Below, in pieces: positions 1 through 8,011 of a DNA stretch of 16,693 nucleotides. The notes beneath the pieces are model-generated. The model was given only the letters and a program-made list of their open reading frames with translations. It was not told where the DNA came from and ran no database searches. The first letter of the stretch is position 1. Every line of letters starts with the position of its first letter. This DNA comes from a virus (Duplodnaviria > Heunggongvirae > Uroviricota > Caudoviricetes), in IMG/VR virus record IMGVR_UViG_2563366923_000005; one strand, 5' to 3'. A program made the position numbers and the translations under genes.

Positions 1-309
1 TTAGTACTCAGGAAGGTTTTCTAAGTTATCCTTGGATGTACCATTAGGTCTAGTAGTAATGTAATCAGTACCGTTGACACGGTCCTTAACCACTTTTTGA
101 CCTTTCTTCCACTTACCGTCATCACCTTTGAAAATGGTGTAAAAGGTATAGCCGCTATCGATTTTATTCACTACCCACTGCCGTGTTTCTGATGTCCCTT
201 CTCCAACAGTATCGCCATTATCGACATGCACATACACATGGGTAATGTGAGTGTGTTTATCGTTATATCGGACTTTAGAAATAAGGTAATCAGCCCATTT
301 ATCAGTCAT
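1..309 (-). CDS. Small hypothetical protein, DUF3892-like by recollection; probable island cargo
   Basis: Complete 102-aa ORF (ATG at 307-309, TAA at 1-3). About 35% GC in a sampled 60 nt, versus GC-rich head genes. Contains an HITHV motif. Function unknown. Confidence 0.45.
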   Translation of the reverse strand: MTDKWADYLISKVRYNDKHTHITHVYVHVDNGDTVGEGTSETRQWVVNKIDSGYTFYTIFKGDDGKWKKGQKVVKDRVNGTDYITTRPNGTSKDNLENLPEY

Positions 310-459
310 ATTTCACCAGAAGTTTGAACAGGAAAAGCCCTGCAATACATTTATAAACAACAAAACAGACTCTTCCTATTCCACGACAGCAATGTAGTGA
401 TCTAGAGCAATTTTATATTCCTGATAACCTCAAGATAATTCTTCCTTTACGCTTTATGC

Positions 460-2121
460 TCAAATCCCATTAAATAAAGCCAGTCGCTCTTTGTGACTGT
501 CGCTCATATCGAAAGCAAAATCTTCGTGTTCTGCCTGGAATGTGCCGAACGCCATGAGTGCAGAAACCGCCGGGTCTATCTTGTTGGAGGATTTCTTTTT
601 GTTGGGTTTGATATTGGCGTTGGCGTCGGACTCCATCACCACGTTACCAATCGCCCAAGCCAGAACCGGATCGCCACGATGGCGCACCACCTTGCGGTTA
701 ACAAAAACCTCAAAAGATTTCGCTACCGGACTGAATTTCAGATAGGTTTGCGGGAACGGCTCCACATCGAGGCCGGCCCCCTGTAACTGGGTTCGCAAGT
801 GAGTGGCGTTCCACGTATCAAAGCCCACCAGCCGGATATTGAATGTTTCAGCATCGCGCAGGATATCGTCACGGATGCGGTCATAGTCGATACAGTCGCC
901 GGGGGTGGTTCGTATCCAGCCCGCTTTTACCCACTGGCGATAGATGGCGCGGTTTTTGTTAGCAACGTTAAGTAGCTGCGCTTCGGGCAGATAGTGCCGA
1001 GTAAGAAGCCTGATCTCGCGTTCAAACGGGAAAGCGTAACTCACGCTGGTAATATCGCTGGTTGAGGACAGGTCAAATCCGGCGTAACACTCCATCCCGA
1101 CCAGATCTTCTTCGGCATAATCGAGTGCACAGGCATCCCATGCCCCGGCACCCATCCACGGTGTAGAACCCTGACACCAGATATTGAAACGCTTGGTCAG
1201 CATCTCCACCCATTGCGACGGTATACCCCGCGCTTTTTGGATGGTGGATTCCAGCTTCGCCGCGTCAACGGACACATGCAGGTTAGGGTTGGCCTTGATC
1301 CACATTTCAGGCTGCTCAACCTCGCTTTCGTCGTCCAGCTCGTAGATCAGGACAAACAGCGAATCGTTGCTCTCTTCCCCGGCCAGAATCTGACAACAGT
1401 AGTCGTAATGCTGTTTACAGGCTGAGACAACGTTACTCCCGGCGGTCGTTATGGCGAACAAAATAGCCTCAGGACGTGCGCCCATACCCAGCTCAAGGGC
1501 GGAATAAACGCCGTTATCCGGGTGAAGGTGGTACTCATCGACAATCGCTAGGCTGGGGTTAGTCCCTTCAATGGTGGACGCTTTCGCCGCCAGCGGCTTT
1601 AGCAGGCTGTTGCTCTTCGGGAAAATGACTTTATGCGCCTGAATATTTACGCGCTTTTTCAGCGGTTTTGACAACAGGCACATCTGGCGGGCATCGTCGA
1701 ACACGATTCGGGCCTGATCCCGGCTCACCGCCGCCGTATAGATATCCTGCTGGCCCTTCTCCATTACCAGAAACCAGTTAGCCAGCATGGCGGCCACGGT
1801 GGATTTGGCATTCTTGCGCGGCACCTCAATAAAGGCGCTGCTGTACTTACGGCGGCCTGTCTCTCTGACTTTAAAGCCCAGCAGGTTAGCAAAGGCGAAC
1901 TGCTGCCACGGTTCCAGATCGATTGGCTGGCCCCGAAGCGGGCCTTTGACGTGAGGACAGAGCCGCGAGAACGCAATAAACCGCTCTACGGTCGCCGTAT
2001 CGAACTCATATCGGGGGTCATTCAGGTCTGAAAAGTACCTTTCCACGGCCTGTTTTACGCGCTTACAGGCCGGAATTTCGCCCGTTTTTATCGCATTTGC
2101 GTACTCATTCCAGACGGTCAA
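460..2121 (-). CDS. terL: Phage terminase large subunit
   Basis: 553-aa ORF with a P-loop-like segment (EVPRKNAKST) and typical length. The only possible start is TTG at 2119-2121, since an in-frame stop lies at 2143-2145 with no ATG or GTG between. It is preceded by GGAAGAGGAGGA and overlaps the terS 3' end by 17 nt. Confidence 0.9.
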   Translation of the reverse strand: MTVWNEYANAIKTGEIPACKRVKQAVERYFSDLNDPRYEFDTATVERFIAFSRLCPHVKGPLRGQPIDLEPWQQFAFANLLGFKVRETGRRKYSSAFIEVPRKNAKSTVAAMLANWFLVMEKGQQDIYTAAVSRDQARIVFDDARQMCLLSKPLKKRVNIQAHKVIFPKSNSLLKPLAAKASTIEGTNPSLAIVDEYHLHPDNGVYSALELGMGARPEAILFAITTAGSNVVSACKQHYDYCCQILAGEESNDSLFVLIYELDDESEVEQPEMWIKANPNLHVSVDAAKLESTIQKARGIPSQWVEMLTKRFNIWCQGSTPWMGAGAWDACALDYAEEDLVGMECYAGFDLSSTSDITSVSYAFPFEREIRLLTRHYLPEAQLLNVANKNRAIYRQWVKAGWIRTTPGDCIDYDRIRDDILRDAETFNIRLVGFDTWNATHLRTQLQGAGLDVEPFPQTYLKFSPVAKSFEVFVNRKVVRHRGDPVLAWAIGNVVMESDANANIKPNKKKSSNKIDPAVSALMAFGTFQAEHEDFAFDMSDSHKERLALFNGI

Positions 2122-2461
2122 GCTCGTCCTCCTCTTCCGTTTCTACCGGGTTACGGCGGCGGCTTACCGGATCAAAGCCCAGCAGCGACGACATTTTAAT
2201 CATGATTTTTTCAGCATCGGCCTTTGCACTCAGTGCAGGATTTCGGCTCTCGCCCCCCTGGCTGTTAACAATGCTGAACCCACGGCTGGCAAGGTCTTCC
2301 ACTGCTTTGCGGTACATCGAATAGTTGACGCAAAAAAGCTCAAGGTTGTTCCAGTCGGCGGGTGTCAGATCGCCACGCTCGGCCAGTTGCTTCGCTTTCG
2401 CTTTCCACTGCTGCGCGGCTAACTCATCAAGGTAAGCTGGCGGTTTTGGTGGTCTTGCCAT
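2105..2461 (-). CDS. terS: Phage terminase small subunit (P27-family-like)
   Basis: 118-aa product starting MARPPKPP (ATG at 2459-2461), with a pattern typical of P27-type small terminases (NPALSAKADAEKIM, FDPVSRRR). The ORF-track extension up to 2629 is G-rich and judged spurious. Confidence 0.8.
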   Translation of the reverse strand: MARPPKPPAYLDELAAQQWKAKAKQLAERGDLTPADWNNLELFCVNYSMYRKAVEDLASRGFSIVNSQGGESRNPALSAKADAEKIMIKMSSLLGFDPVSRRRNPVETEEEDELDRLE

Positions 2462-2736
2462 AAAAATTTCTCGTTTCCATCGCGTTTTATTTTCAAAAAA
2501 ATCACCGTGCGTAAAAATTTGAGGGGGCGGGCGGTGCCTGGCACCTTGAGGTTTGTCCTGAAAACCTCCCCCACCCCGTCCATGCGGCCTGTCAGCGGTT
2601 GCGGAAGCATTCCCGCAACTCCCGTTCACGCTCGCTCATACGCTGCACAGGCTGGCGCTCATTGCGTCTGCTTCGCCCCTGCATGAAGCCATCACGGCAG
2701 CGCATCAATGATCGGTACAGATTCACCACGTCTTTC
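2462..2736. other. Candidate cos / packaging-site region between HNH gene and terS
   Basis: 275-bp non-coding gap in the position where HK97-type genomes carry cos. It holds a GC-rich block at 2521-2578 with a perfect palindrome GGTGCC-T-GGCACC (2533-2545) and an inverted repeat GAGGTTT-N6-AAACCTC (2548-2568), flanked by a G-rich tract (2521-2534) and a C-rich tract (2565-2578). Confidence 0.35.
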
Positions 2737-3180
2737 TCATTCATTTCTGCCCTCATACATCCAGTCATTGCGATGGGCTGCACGCTCTTCCTGCTCTCGG
2801 TACAGCCCTGCCTTACGGTTCGCTTTGGTGATGGGGTCTTGCTGCGTGGTCTTCTGGTTATGATGCATCTGGCATAACGGCTGGTGATTCCACTCAGGCC
2901 AGAACAGAACATCATCACCGCCGTCGATAGGGATGATGTGATCGACAATCTTTGCAGGAACGTAGAGGCCCAACTTCTGGCACTCGACACATAGCGGCTG
3001 ACGTTTCAGATACTGAGCGCGGTACTTCTCCCATGATGCTGAGTAACCACGGGCGCGACGGTGGCCGCGTCTGGCATCTTCCGCCCGCCAGGCTTCGCGC
3101 TTGTGCTCATCGCACTTACCAGACTTCACCCGCTTATTGCATCCCGGCTCAGTGCACCGGCGCATTGGTTGCCACGGCAT
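2737..3180 (-). CDS. HNH endonuclease (terminase-associated)
   Basis: 147 aa from ATG at 3178-3180, overlapping the connector stop (ATGA). Cys clusters (CTEPGC, CDEH, CVECQ) and an HNH-like core (LCQMHHNQK). Position between connector and terS is typical of HK97-like packaging modules. Confidence 0.85.
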   Translation of the reverse strand: MPWQPMRRCTEPGCNKRVKSGKCDEHKREAWRAEDARRGHRRARGYSASWEKYRAQYLKRQPLCVECQKLGLYVPAKIVDHIIPIDGGDDVLFWPEWNHQPLCQMHHNQKTTQQDPITKANRKAGLYREQEERAAHRNDWMYEGRNE

Positions 3181-3479
3181 CAGTACACCCCCACATCGCG
3201 ATACACAGACCACAATGCAGAGATAGCAAGGGGGATCTCTTTCGCCTCCACATCACTAATCATCGTGCGGTATTCGTACAGTTGGGAAACGTACATAAGG
3301 CATCCGATCTTGATGGCAGGAGTAAATTCCAGGCCAGCACCGAACCGTTTACCGATATGCTTCTGGCAGACTTCCAGTGACGCTTCGATGTATGCCTGAA
3401 TCATTGCATCTTCATAGGAATCATCGTTATCGATGCGACAGTGAAGTTTTGCCTCATCAAGCCCAATTAGTTCACTCAC
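3180..3479 (-). CDS. gp6-like head-tail connector / DNA packaging protein
   Basis: 99 aa with GTG start at 3477-3479 preceded by GGGAGGG, and an in-frame stop directly upstream. N-terminus LDEAKLHCRIDNDDSYEDAMIQAYIEAS fits the gp6-like connector pattern. Confidence 0.75.
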   Translation of the reverse strand: MSELIGLDEAKLHCRIDNDDSYEDAMIQAYIEASLEVCQKHIGKRFGAGLEFTPAIKIGCLMYVSQLYEYRTMISDVEAKEIPLAISALWSVYRDVGVY

Positions 3480-3513
3480 GGCTTAAGCCCTCCCTTACAA
3501 AGCAACTCCAGCC

Positions 3514-4755
3514 TCATGACGCATCCTCCTTATTCTCAGAACCGGTACTGACCTTCACTTCCTGCTTCCATGCCTGGCTGTATTCGTCGCCCCCTTCACG
3601 CGGCGGCATCCCTTCGCGTTCGCGGGCTTCGTTCGGGTTCATGATCCCGTTCTTGATACCGCGCTCATAAGTTGCGTAACGTTCGGTTGGAGTGGCTCGA
3701 AGAAGATCGGCAGAGTCGAACTCCACCTGATAACGAATTCCGGGTACAGGCGATGCCACCAGCAACGCGGATTTAATCTGCTGCTCAAAGTTCGCCAGCC
3801 ACGGACGCATCGTCATGGTGAGAAATGCGCGGCTCGCCTCACTAAAGTTGCTGTAGGTGCTGTTGCTGTATTCCTGCAGGAAGATGGGGGACACGTTGAA
3901 CATGCGGGCAATGTCTTCAATGGAGAAGCGCCGGGAGGCCAGCCACTCAGCATCCTGATTGCTCATGCCAAGCTGCTTATAGTCCATGCCACCTTCAAGG
4001 ATCGGTGTTTTACCGGCATTTCTGGCACCTTTGTAGCGCTCAAGCGCGTCCAGCGCCTGTTTACCCTTCACACTATCGAGCCATTCAGCAGTAGTGACTA
4101 CGCCCGCCGCCATCATGCCATCTTTCATAATGCTGGCGCCGTGGCGCTGCTGGGCCAGACCTAACCCCAGCGCCTCACGGCAGATGGTGATCGGCGAGCG
4201 CCCCAGAAAACCATCATCGGTCGAGTAACGCAGGTGCAGAATCTCTTCCTGCAGGTAGGTGCGCACTGCCCCGGTAAACGGTTCAGTAACGGTGTATTTG
4301 TACTTATGCTGGCCGATACGCTCAGGAACAACCGCCCCCGGCGCATACGGATGCAGGGATTGCGGCTGGCCGTCACGGCCCCACTGGATCACCGCATAGG
4401 CGTTACCATTCAGCAGGCAATGACGCATCATCGTGCGCTTGAACTGGTAAGGCGTCTGACAGTCGTTCGGTTGCTCGTTAAGGAGAAAATCCACCGGGTG
4501 ATTGCTTAGCCACTCCCGCGCTTCTCGGCCGTTATCGTTGCGCACGCGGTAGAGGTAGCAGGGCATTGTTGCCACTGCCTCGCTGATAACTGATATGGCG
4601 TTCATGACCGCCGGCAGAGATTCCGCAGTACCGGCAGACACATATTCGCCTGATCCGGTATTTGGAATCCCTGCCATCGCCAGAAACTCATCAATCGTCA
4701 TGCTGCGCTGTTCGGATGGCTCAGATTTACGGCCAAAAGGCCAGATATTCCACAT
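3514..4755 (-). CDS. Phage portal protein (HK97 family)
   Basis: 413-aa ORF directly downstream of the protease gene with a 1-nt gap. Size and sequence character are typical of HK97-type portals. Confidence 0.88.
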   Translation of the reverse strand: MWNIWPFGRKSEPSEQRSMTIDEFLAMAGIPNTGSGEYVSAGTAESLPAVMNAISVISEAVATMPCYLYRVRNDNGREAREWLSNHPVDFLLNEQPNDCQTPYQFKRTMMRHCLLNGNAYAVIQWGRDGQPQSLHPYAPGAVVPERIGQHKYKYTVTEPFTGAVRTYLQEEILHLRYSTDDGFLGRSPITICREALGLGLAQQRHGASIMKDGMMAAGVVTTAEWLDSVKGKQALDALERYKGARNAGKTPILEGGMDYKQLGMSNQDAEWLASRRFSIEDIARMFNVSPIFLQEYSNSTYSNFSEASRAFLTMTMRPWLANFEQQIKSALLVASPVPGIRYQVEFDSADLLRATPTERYATYERGIKNGIMNPNEAREREGMPPREGGDEYSQAWKQEVKVSTGSENKEDAS

Positions 4756-4756
4756 A

Positions 4757-5317
4757 TCACAGCCCCGCTAAGTCAGCCCAGCGTCGGCGGTTATCACCAG
4801 CACGGCGCAGTTCAGGATGTTGGGAGAACAGAGAACGGTGCGCAATTTCCACGCCGGACTCAGGGTAAGCAGGCATAGAAGTAACGGTGATCTCCCGCAG
4901 CTCGGCAGCGGTAACAGTGCGAATATACGGTGTAGGAGTAATATCCCAGGACTCTTTCAGCGCACGGAATCCGAAGCTCATGCCGGAAATGTCTCCACGC
5001 TCCACCAGCTCCAGCACATCATTGCCAAGTTGGGTGTTTGGCGGGGTCAGCTCGAAACGCAGCCCGGTATCATCTTCGGACAACACCAGCGTGCCGGATT
5101 TGGTACGCCCCAGCAGTTGGGTATAGTTATGCTCGTACAGTGCACGCACATCGCTACCGGATGCCAGGCTGTCTTTAAACGCCCCCGGCGCAAACTGCTC
5201 GCGGAACTCATCCCAGATCACCTCTGACAGGCTGTTCCAGCGCACGGCATAGCCCACCAGCTTTTTGTTGCTGGCGCTCAGTTCGGAGGTACGGATTTCA
5301 AAATCGATTGTTTTCAT
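4757..5317 (-). CDS. Prohead maturation protease (HK97 family)
   Basis: 186 aa; the segment LVGYAVRWNSLSEVIWDEFREQFAPGAF matches the conserved N-terminal pattern of HK97 prohead proteases. GGAG lies 8 nt upstream of the ATG. Confidence 0.88.
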   Translation of the reverse strand: MKTIDFEIRTSELSASNKKLVGYAVRWNSLSEVIWDEFREQFAPGAFKDSLASGSDVRALYEHNYTQLLGRTKSGTLVLSEDDTGLRFELTPPNTQLGNDVLELVERGDISGMSFGFRALKESWDITPTPYIRTVTAAELREITVTSMPAYPESGVEIAHRSLFSQHPELRRAGDNRRRWADLAGL

Positions 5318-5340
5318 TGTTGGACTCCACAGAGGGCAAA

Positions 5341-5358
5341 AAGGGGCCGAAGCCCCTT
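5341..5358 (-). terminator. Intrinsic terminator-like hairpin between capsid and protease genes (probable partial terminator)
   Basis: On the minus strand: AAGGGGC-UUCG-GCCCCUU followed by UUUGCCC, so a 7-bp GC-rich stem with a UUCG tetraloop and a run of 5 U. It sits in the 51-nt gap after the capsid stop. Confidence 0.45.
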
Positions 5359-5368
5359 AAACGTCAGA

Positions 5369-6535
5369 TCAGGAACCGGAACCGGAAAGCTCAAGCACCT
5401 TGATGGCGTTGGAGTCCACCACACCACCGCCTAGGTATTTATCGGTGTGCACCTTGTAGAAACCAGGTTCGGTGATGTTGTCGGGGCGGGTACGCACGCC
5501 AGTGGTGTGATCCACGATGAAGTAACCGCGCTTAAAGTCGCCGACTGCCAGGAACGCTTCACCCGCAGCCGCATCAGGCATGGTTTCCAGGTATTGAACC
5601 GGACGGCCAAGGAGGGTATCGGGAGAGTCAGCGACGAGACGATCACGCCAGATGTAATCCCCGTTGCCGTTTTTCAGCTTTTGCAGCGTAGCGGCAGTGT
5701 TGGAGTTCATCACCCATACGGCATTTTTGCGGTATTTGGCTTTCAGCTTATACAGCAGGTCGATAAGACCATCAGAGGAAACGGCAGCAGCCTCCATCTT
5801 CTCCAGCGTGCCGAACGGACGGGTTTTATCGCTGGTGGCCGCACGCGGATAGGACAGGAACCCTTTGGATTTTTTATCACCGTCGCCGTTCACAAAGTCG
5901 GTTTCTTCGGTAGCAGTGAAGGTGTCGGTAATTTCGGAAGACAGCCAGCCCAGAATATCAACTTCGGAGAAGTCGAGAATTTCCTGAGTGGTTTTCGGGT
6001 AGGCGTAGATCGGGTTGAGTTTGATATCAACGCGCTCCATCTTCGGTGTGCTGGTTTCGGTACGCGCTTCGCCTTCGGTGCCGCGCTTAACGGTAGTGCC
6101 GCCCACTGACACCAGCTTCTGGTATTCGTTGGTTTTGGTGGTCTTCACCGTGGCGATGGAGCGCATAACGCTGTCATCCTGCAACTGGCGCATGATCTCT
6201 TTGTCCAGCTCAGGGATAACGGTATAGCCGCCGTCAGCCTGCACTAACGTGGAGAGAGAGCGGGTATCGCCGGTCATGATGTAGTGGCGCAGCTCATCGT
6301 TGCTTACACCTTTACCTTCAACAGAAGTACCAGGCAAATTGCGCTGATCGTCGGCGACGGCCTCAAGGCGGGTAATTTCAACTTCAAGCGCATCAGCCTG
6401 GGCGCGGAGTTCGTCGAACTGCTTTCCCTCTTCATCGTTCAGGCTTCGCTTTTCGCTGTCAGCTTTTTCCAGCATGGAACGCATCTGGGTTTTGAGTGCG
6501 GTTTTCTGCTGGCGTAATTCAAGTAATTTCTTCAT
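5369..6535 (-). CDS. Major capsid protein (HK97 fold) with N-terminal delta (scaffold-like) domain
   Basis: 388 aa from ATG at 6533-6535 (MKKLLELRQQK). The N-terminal ~100 aa are coiled-coil rich, like an HK97 delta domain, followed by a capsid-like body. The track extension to 6652 is judged spurious. Confidence 0.9.
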   Translation of the reverse strand: MKKLLELRQQKTALKTQMRSMLEKADSEKRSLNDEEGKQFDELRAQADALEVEITRLEAVADDQRNLPGTSVEGKGVSNDELRHYIMTGDTRSLSTLVQADGGYTVIPELDKEIMRQLQDDSVMRSIATVKTTKTNEYQKLVSVGGTTVKRGTEGEARTETSTPKMERVDIKLNPIYAYPKTTQEILDFSEVDILGWLSSEITDTFTATEETDFVNGDGDKKSKGFLSYPRAATSDKTRPFGTLEKMEAAAVSSDGLIDLLYKLKAKYRKNAVWVMNSNTAATLQKLKNGNGDYIWRDRLVADSPDTLLGRPVQYLETMPDAAAGEAFLAVGDFKRGYFIVDHTTGVRTRPDNITEPGFYKVHTDKYLGGGVVDSNAIKVLELSGSGS

Positions 6536-6563
6536 GGAGTGGTTTCCGTAACAATTAATGTTG

Positions 6564-6656
6564 AGACGTGAAACCTGCGCTTGGAGGGATGTCCACCTGG
6601 AAAGGAAACCGTCGCAGAACGGGAAAAAACCAGGTGGACAGTGGCGGCTCACGTCT
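6564..6656. promoter_or_regulatory. Nested inverted repeats upstream of the capsid gene
   Basis: Perfect 10-bp inverted repeat GTCCACCTGG (6591-6600) / CCAGGTGGAC (6630-6639) around a 29-nt A-rich spacer, nested inside a 7-bp inverted repeat AGACGTG (6564-6570) / CACGTCT (6650-6656). It lies 27-124 nt upstream of the capsid ATG on the minus strand. Confidence 0.35.
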
Positions 6657-6797
6657 GAGTGCCACTCTTCAAGATATACATAATAATCAATGAGTAAACA
6701 GCTCTATGTTGTCGCAAACAGCAGCGAAAACAGGAGAACAAATAATTTACAAAGTTTGATAATATGAACGGGAAAAAAACCACTTCTGGGGGATTTT

Positions 6798-7310
6798 ATG
6801 GACTTCGATTTTGATGATATGGCATACCCGGATATTTTTTTAATTTCCGGCGAGGAGTTTAAAGGAAGCCGGAACACAGGAAAAAATCAGGTAGATATCC
6901 CGTTTACTGACGAACCGCAAATTGAATTGGGCGATATTCTGATTCAGAAGATTGGAAGCCGTGAGTTAAGCCTTAAAGTTGTCGATCTTTCAATATCAAA
7001 GAATGGAACGCTGAACGTGGGTACAACGCATCCTCACTTACTGACGTTATCCGTAGAGAATCTTTCTTCCAACGCACACAGGACAGCAAAGAGTATGAAT
7101 ACTTTTAATATTGGCTCCGTCAGTGGTGAGCAAGTTCAAATAGGTGAAAGTAATCATATGCTGGTGAATATCAGTATTACTGAACTTGTCGAGAAAGTGG
7201 CTAACTCTGGCGATCCACAGGCTAAATCAATGTTGAAACAGTTACTGGAAAATAGCACCGTTGCCAGTATCGTTGGCGCTGGCGCTTCTGCGCTATTAGG
7301 TCTGCTTTAA
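6798..7310 (+). CDS. Hypothetical protein with C-terminal hydrophobic Gly/Ala-rich tail; accessory gene on the opposite strand
   Basis: 170-aa ORF with GGGGGA 4 nt before the ATG. C-terminus TVASIVGAGASALLGLL looks like a single tail anchor or glycine-zipper segment. About 43% GC in a sampled 60 nt. Only sizeable plus-strand gene inside the island besides the RHH gene. Confidence 0.6.
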   Translation: MDFDFDDMAYPDIFLISGEEFKGSRNTGKNQVDIPFTDEPQIELGDILIQKIGSRELSLKVVDLSISKNGTLNVGTTHPHLLTLSVENLSSNAHRTAKSMNTFNIGSVSGEQVQIGESNHMLVNISITELVEKVANSGDPQAKSMLKQLLENSTVASIVGAGASALLGLL

Positions 7311-7315
7311 AATAT

Positions 7316-7335
7316 GGCCTGGGAAAAACCAGGCC
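7316..7335. terminator. Bidirectional intrinsic terminator between convergent accessory genes
   Basis: GGCCTGG-GAAAAA-CCAGGCC hairpin with TTT downstream on plus and an A-rich stretch upstream. A second 8-bp hairpin GGCTGGAT / ATCCAGCC (7349-7375) spans the stop codon of the minus-strand gene. Confidence 0.6.
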
Positions 7336-7357
7336 TTTAGCTTATATGGCTGGATGA

Positions 7358-7693
7358 TTATTCTTTATCCAGCCCCCACTGATAGAAAGCCCAGCTTGCC
7401 GTTGATTGTGCGCTATGGATAGCGTTCTCAAGGCCAGAGGTTGGGTACGACAAATCAGCCGCCATCCTCTGTAGAAGATCGAGGTAAGCGCTGGCGTCTT
7501 TCGACAACTCTTGCTCCCCTTCTTCCAGCCCAGACTGGTACGATTCCAGATCAAGCTTTTCAGAAGTGACAAACGCACTCAGAGCCAGAAAATCCGTCAC
7601 TGTAATCTCATCTTTATTTGAAAGCTCATCAACGGCGCTGTAGAGAAACTTAAGATCGCTCATATGCCCGTTATCTTTGCCAATCAGTTTCAT
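7358..7693 (-). CDS. Hypothetical acidic protein (accessory / possible interference or immunity function)
   Basis: 111-aa ORF with AGAGGT 6 nt upstream of the ATG at 7691-7693. Acidic and probably helical, with no recognisable catalytic motif. Lies immediately downstream of the iteron origin. Confidence 0.6.
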   Translation of the reverse strand: MKLIGKDNGHMSDLKFLYSAVDELSNKDEITVTDFLALSAFVTSEKLDLESYQSGLEEGEQELSKDASAYLDLLQRMAADLSYPTSGLENAIHSAQSTASWAFYQWGLDKE

Positions 7694-7732
7694 TAATAAC
7701 CTCTTTATTTTTCACGTATATATACAGAACTA

Positions 7733-8011
7733 TGTTGGTTCAGTTAGTTCAGTTGGTTCAATTTGTAAAGATGATTGTTTTATAATGATTATTTCCCGTT
7801 GAGTGAACCAACAAAGCCCCGATTTGAACCAACATTGGGTATTTTCATGTTGGTTCAGTCCATGAGGTTCTAAAATGTTGGTTCAAACTGCCCGTTTGTT
7901 GGTTCAAAACTGCTATTTGTTGGTTCAGTGTTGGTTCATTTTTTGACATTAAACCCATATAAAACAGCCACATGAACATAACCCATAGACACTGAACCAA
8001 CTGAACCAACA
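7733..8011. repeat. Iteron array / replication origin (ori)
   Basis: About 10 copies of TGTTGGTTCA or its reverse complement TGAACCAACA at 7733, 7752, 7804, 7824, 7849, 7876, 7897, 7918, 7929 and 8002, with AT-rich spacers, directly downstream of the replication gene. Confidence 0.8.

Noticed and set aside
2097-2324. Serine-rich 75-aa plus-strand ORF
   Set aside because: It is antisense to the acidic C-terminus of terS; its poly-Ser run is the reverse reading of GAA/GAG/GAC codons.
2462-2990. ORFs 2105..2629 (N-terminal extension), 2419..2610, 2592..2990 and 2599..2877 in the HNH-terS gap
   Set aside because: They run through a GC-rich non-coding block that is better explained as a cos-type site, overlap the HNH gene in other frames, and give G/R/P-rich products. 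terS starts at the conserved MARPPKPP.
4817-6109. Plus-strand ORFs antisense to the protease and capsid genes (4817..5227, 4887..5126, 5447..6109)
   Set aside because: Fully embedded antisense to well-supported head genes, with no independent start signals.
7733-8011. Possible CRISPR array
   Set aside because: The repeats are only 10 bp, occur in both orientations with irregular spacing and no unique spacers, and sit next to a replication gene. This is an iteron origin, not a CRISPR.
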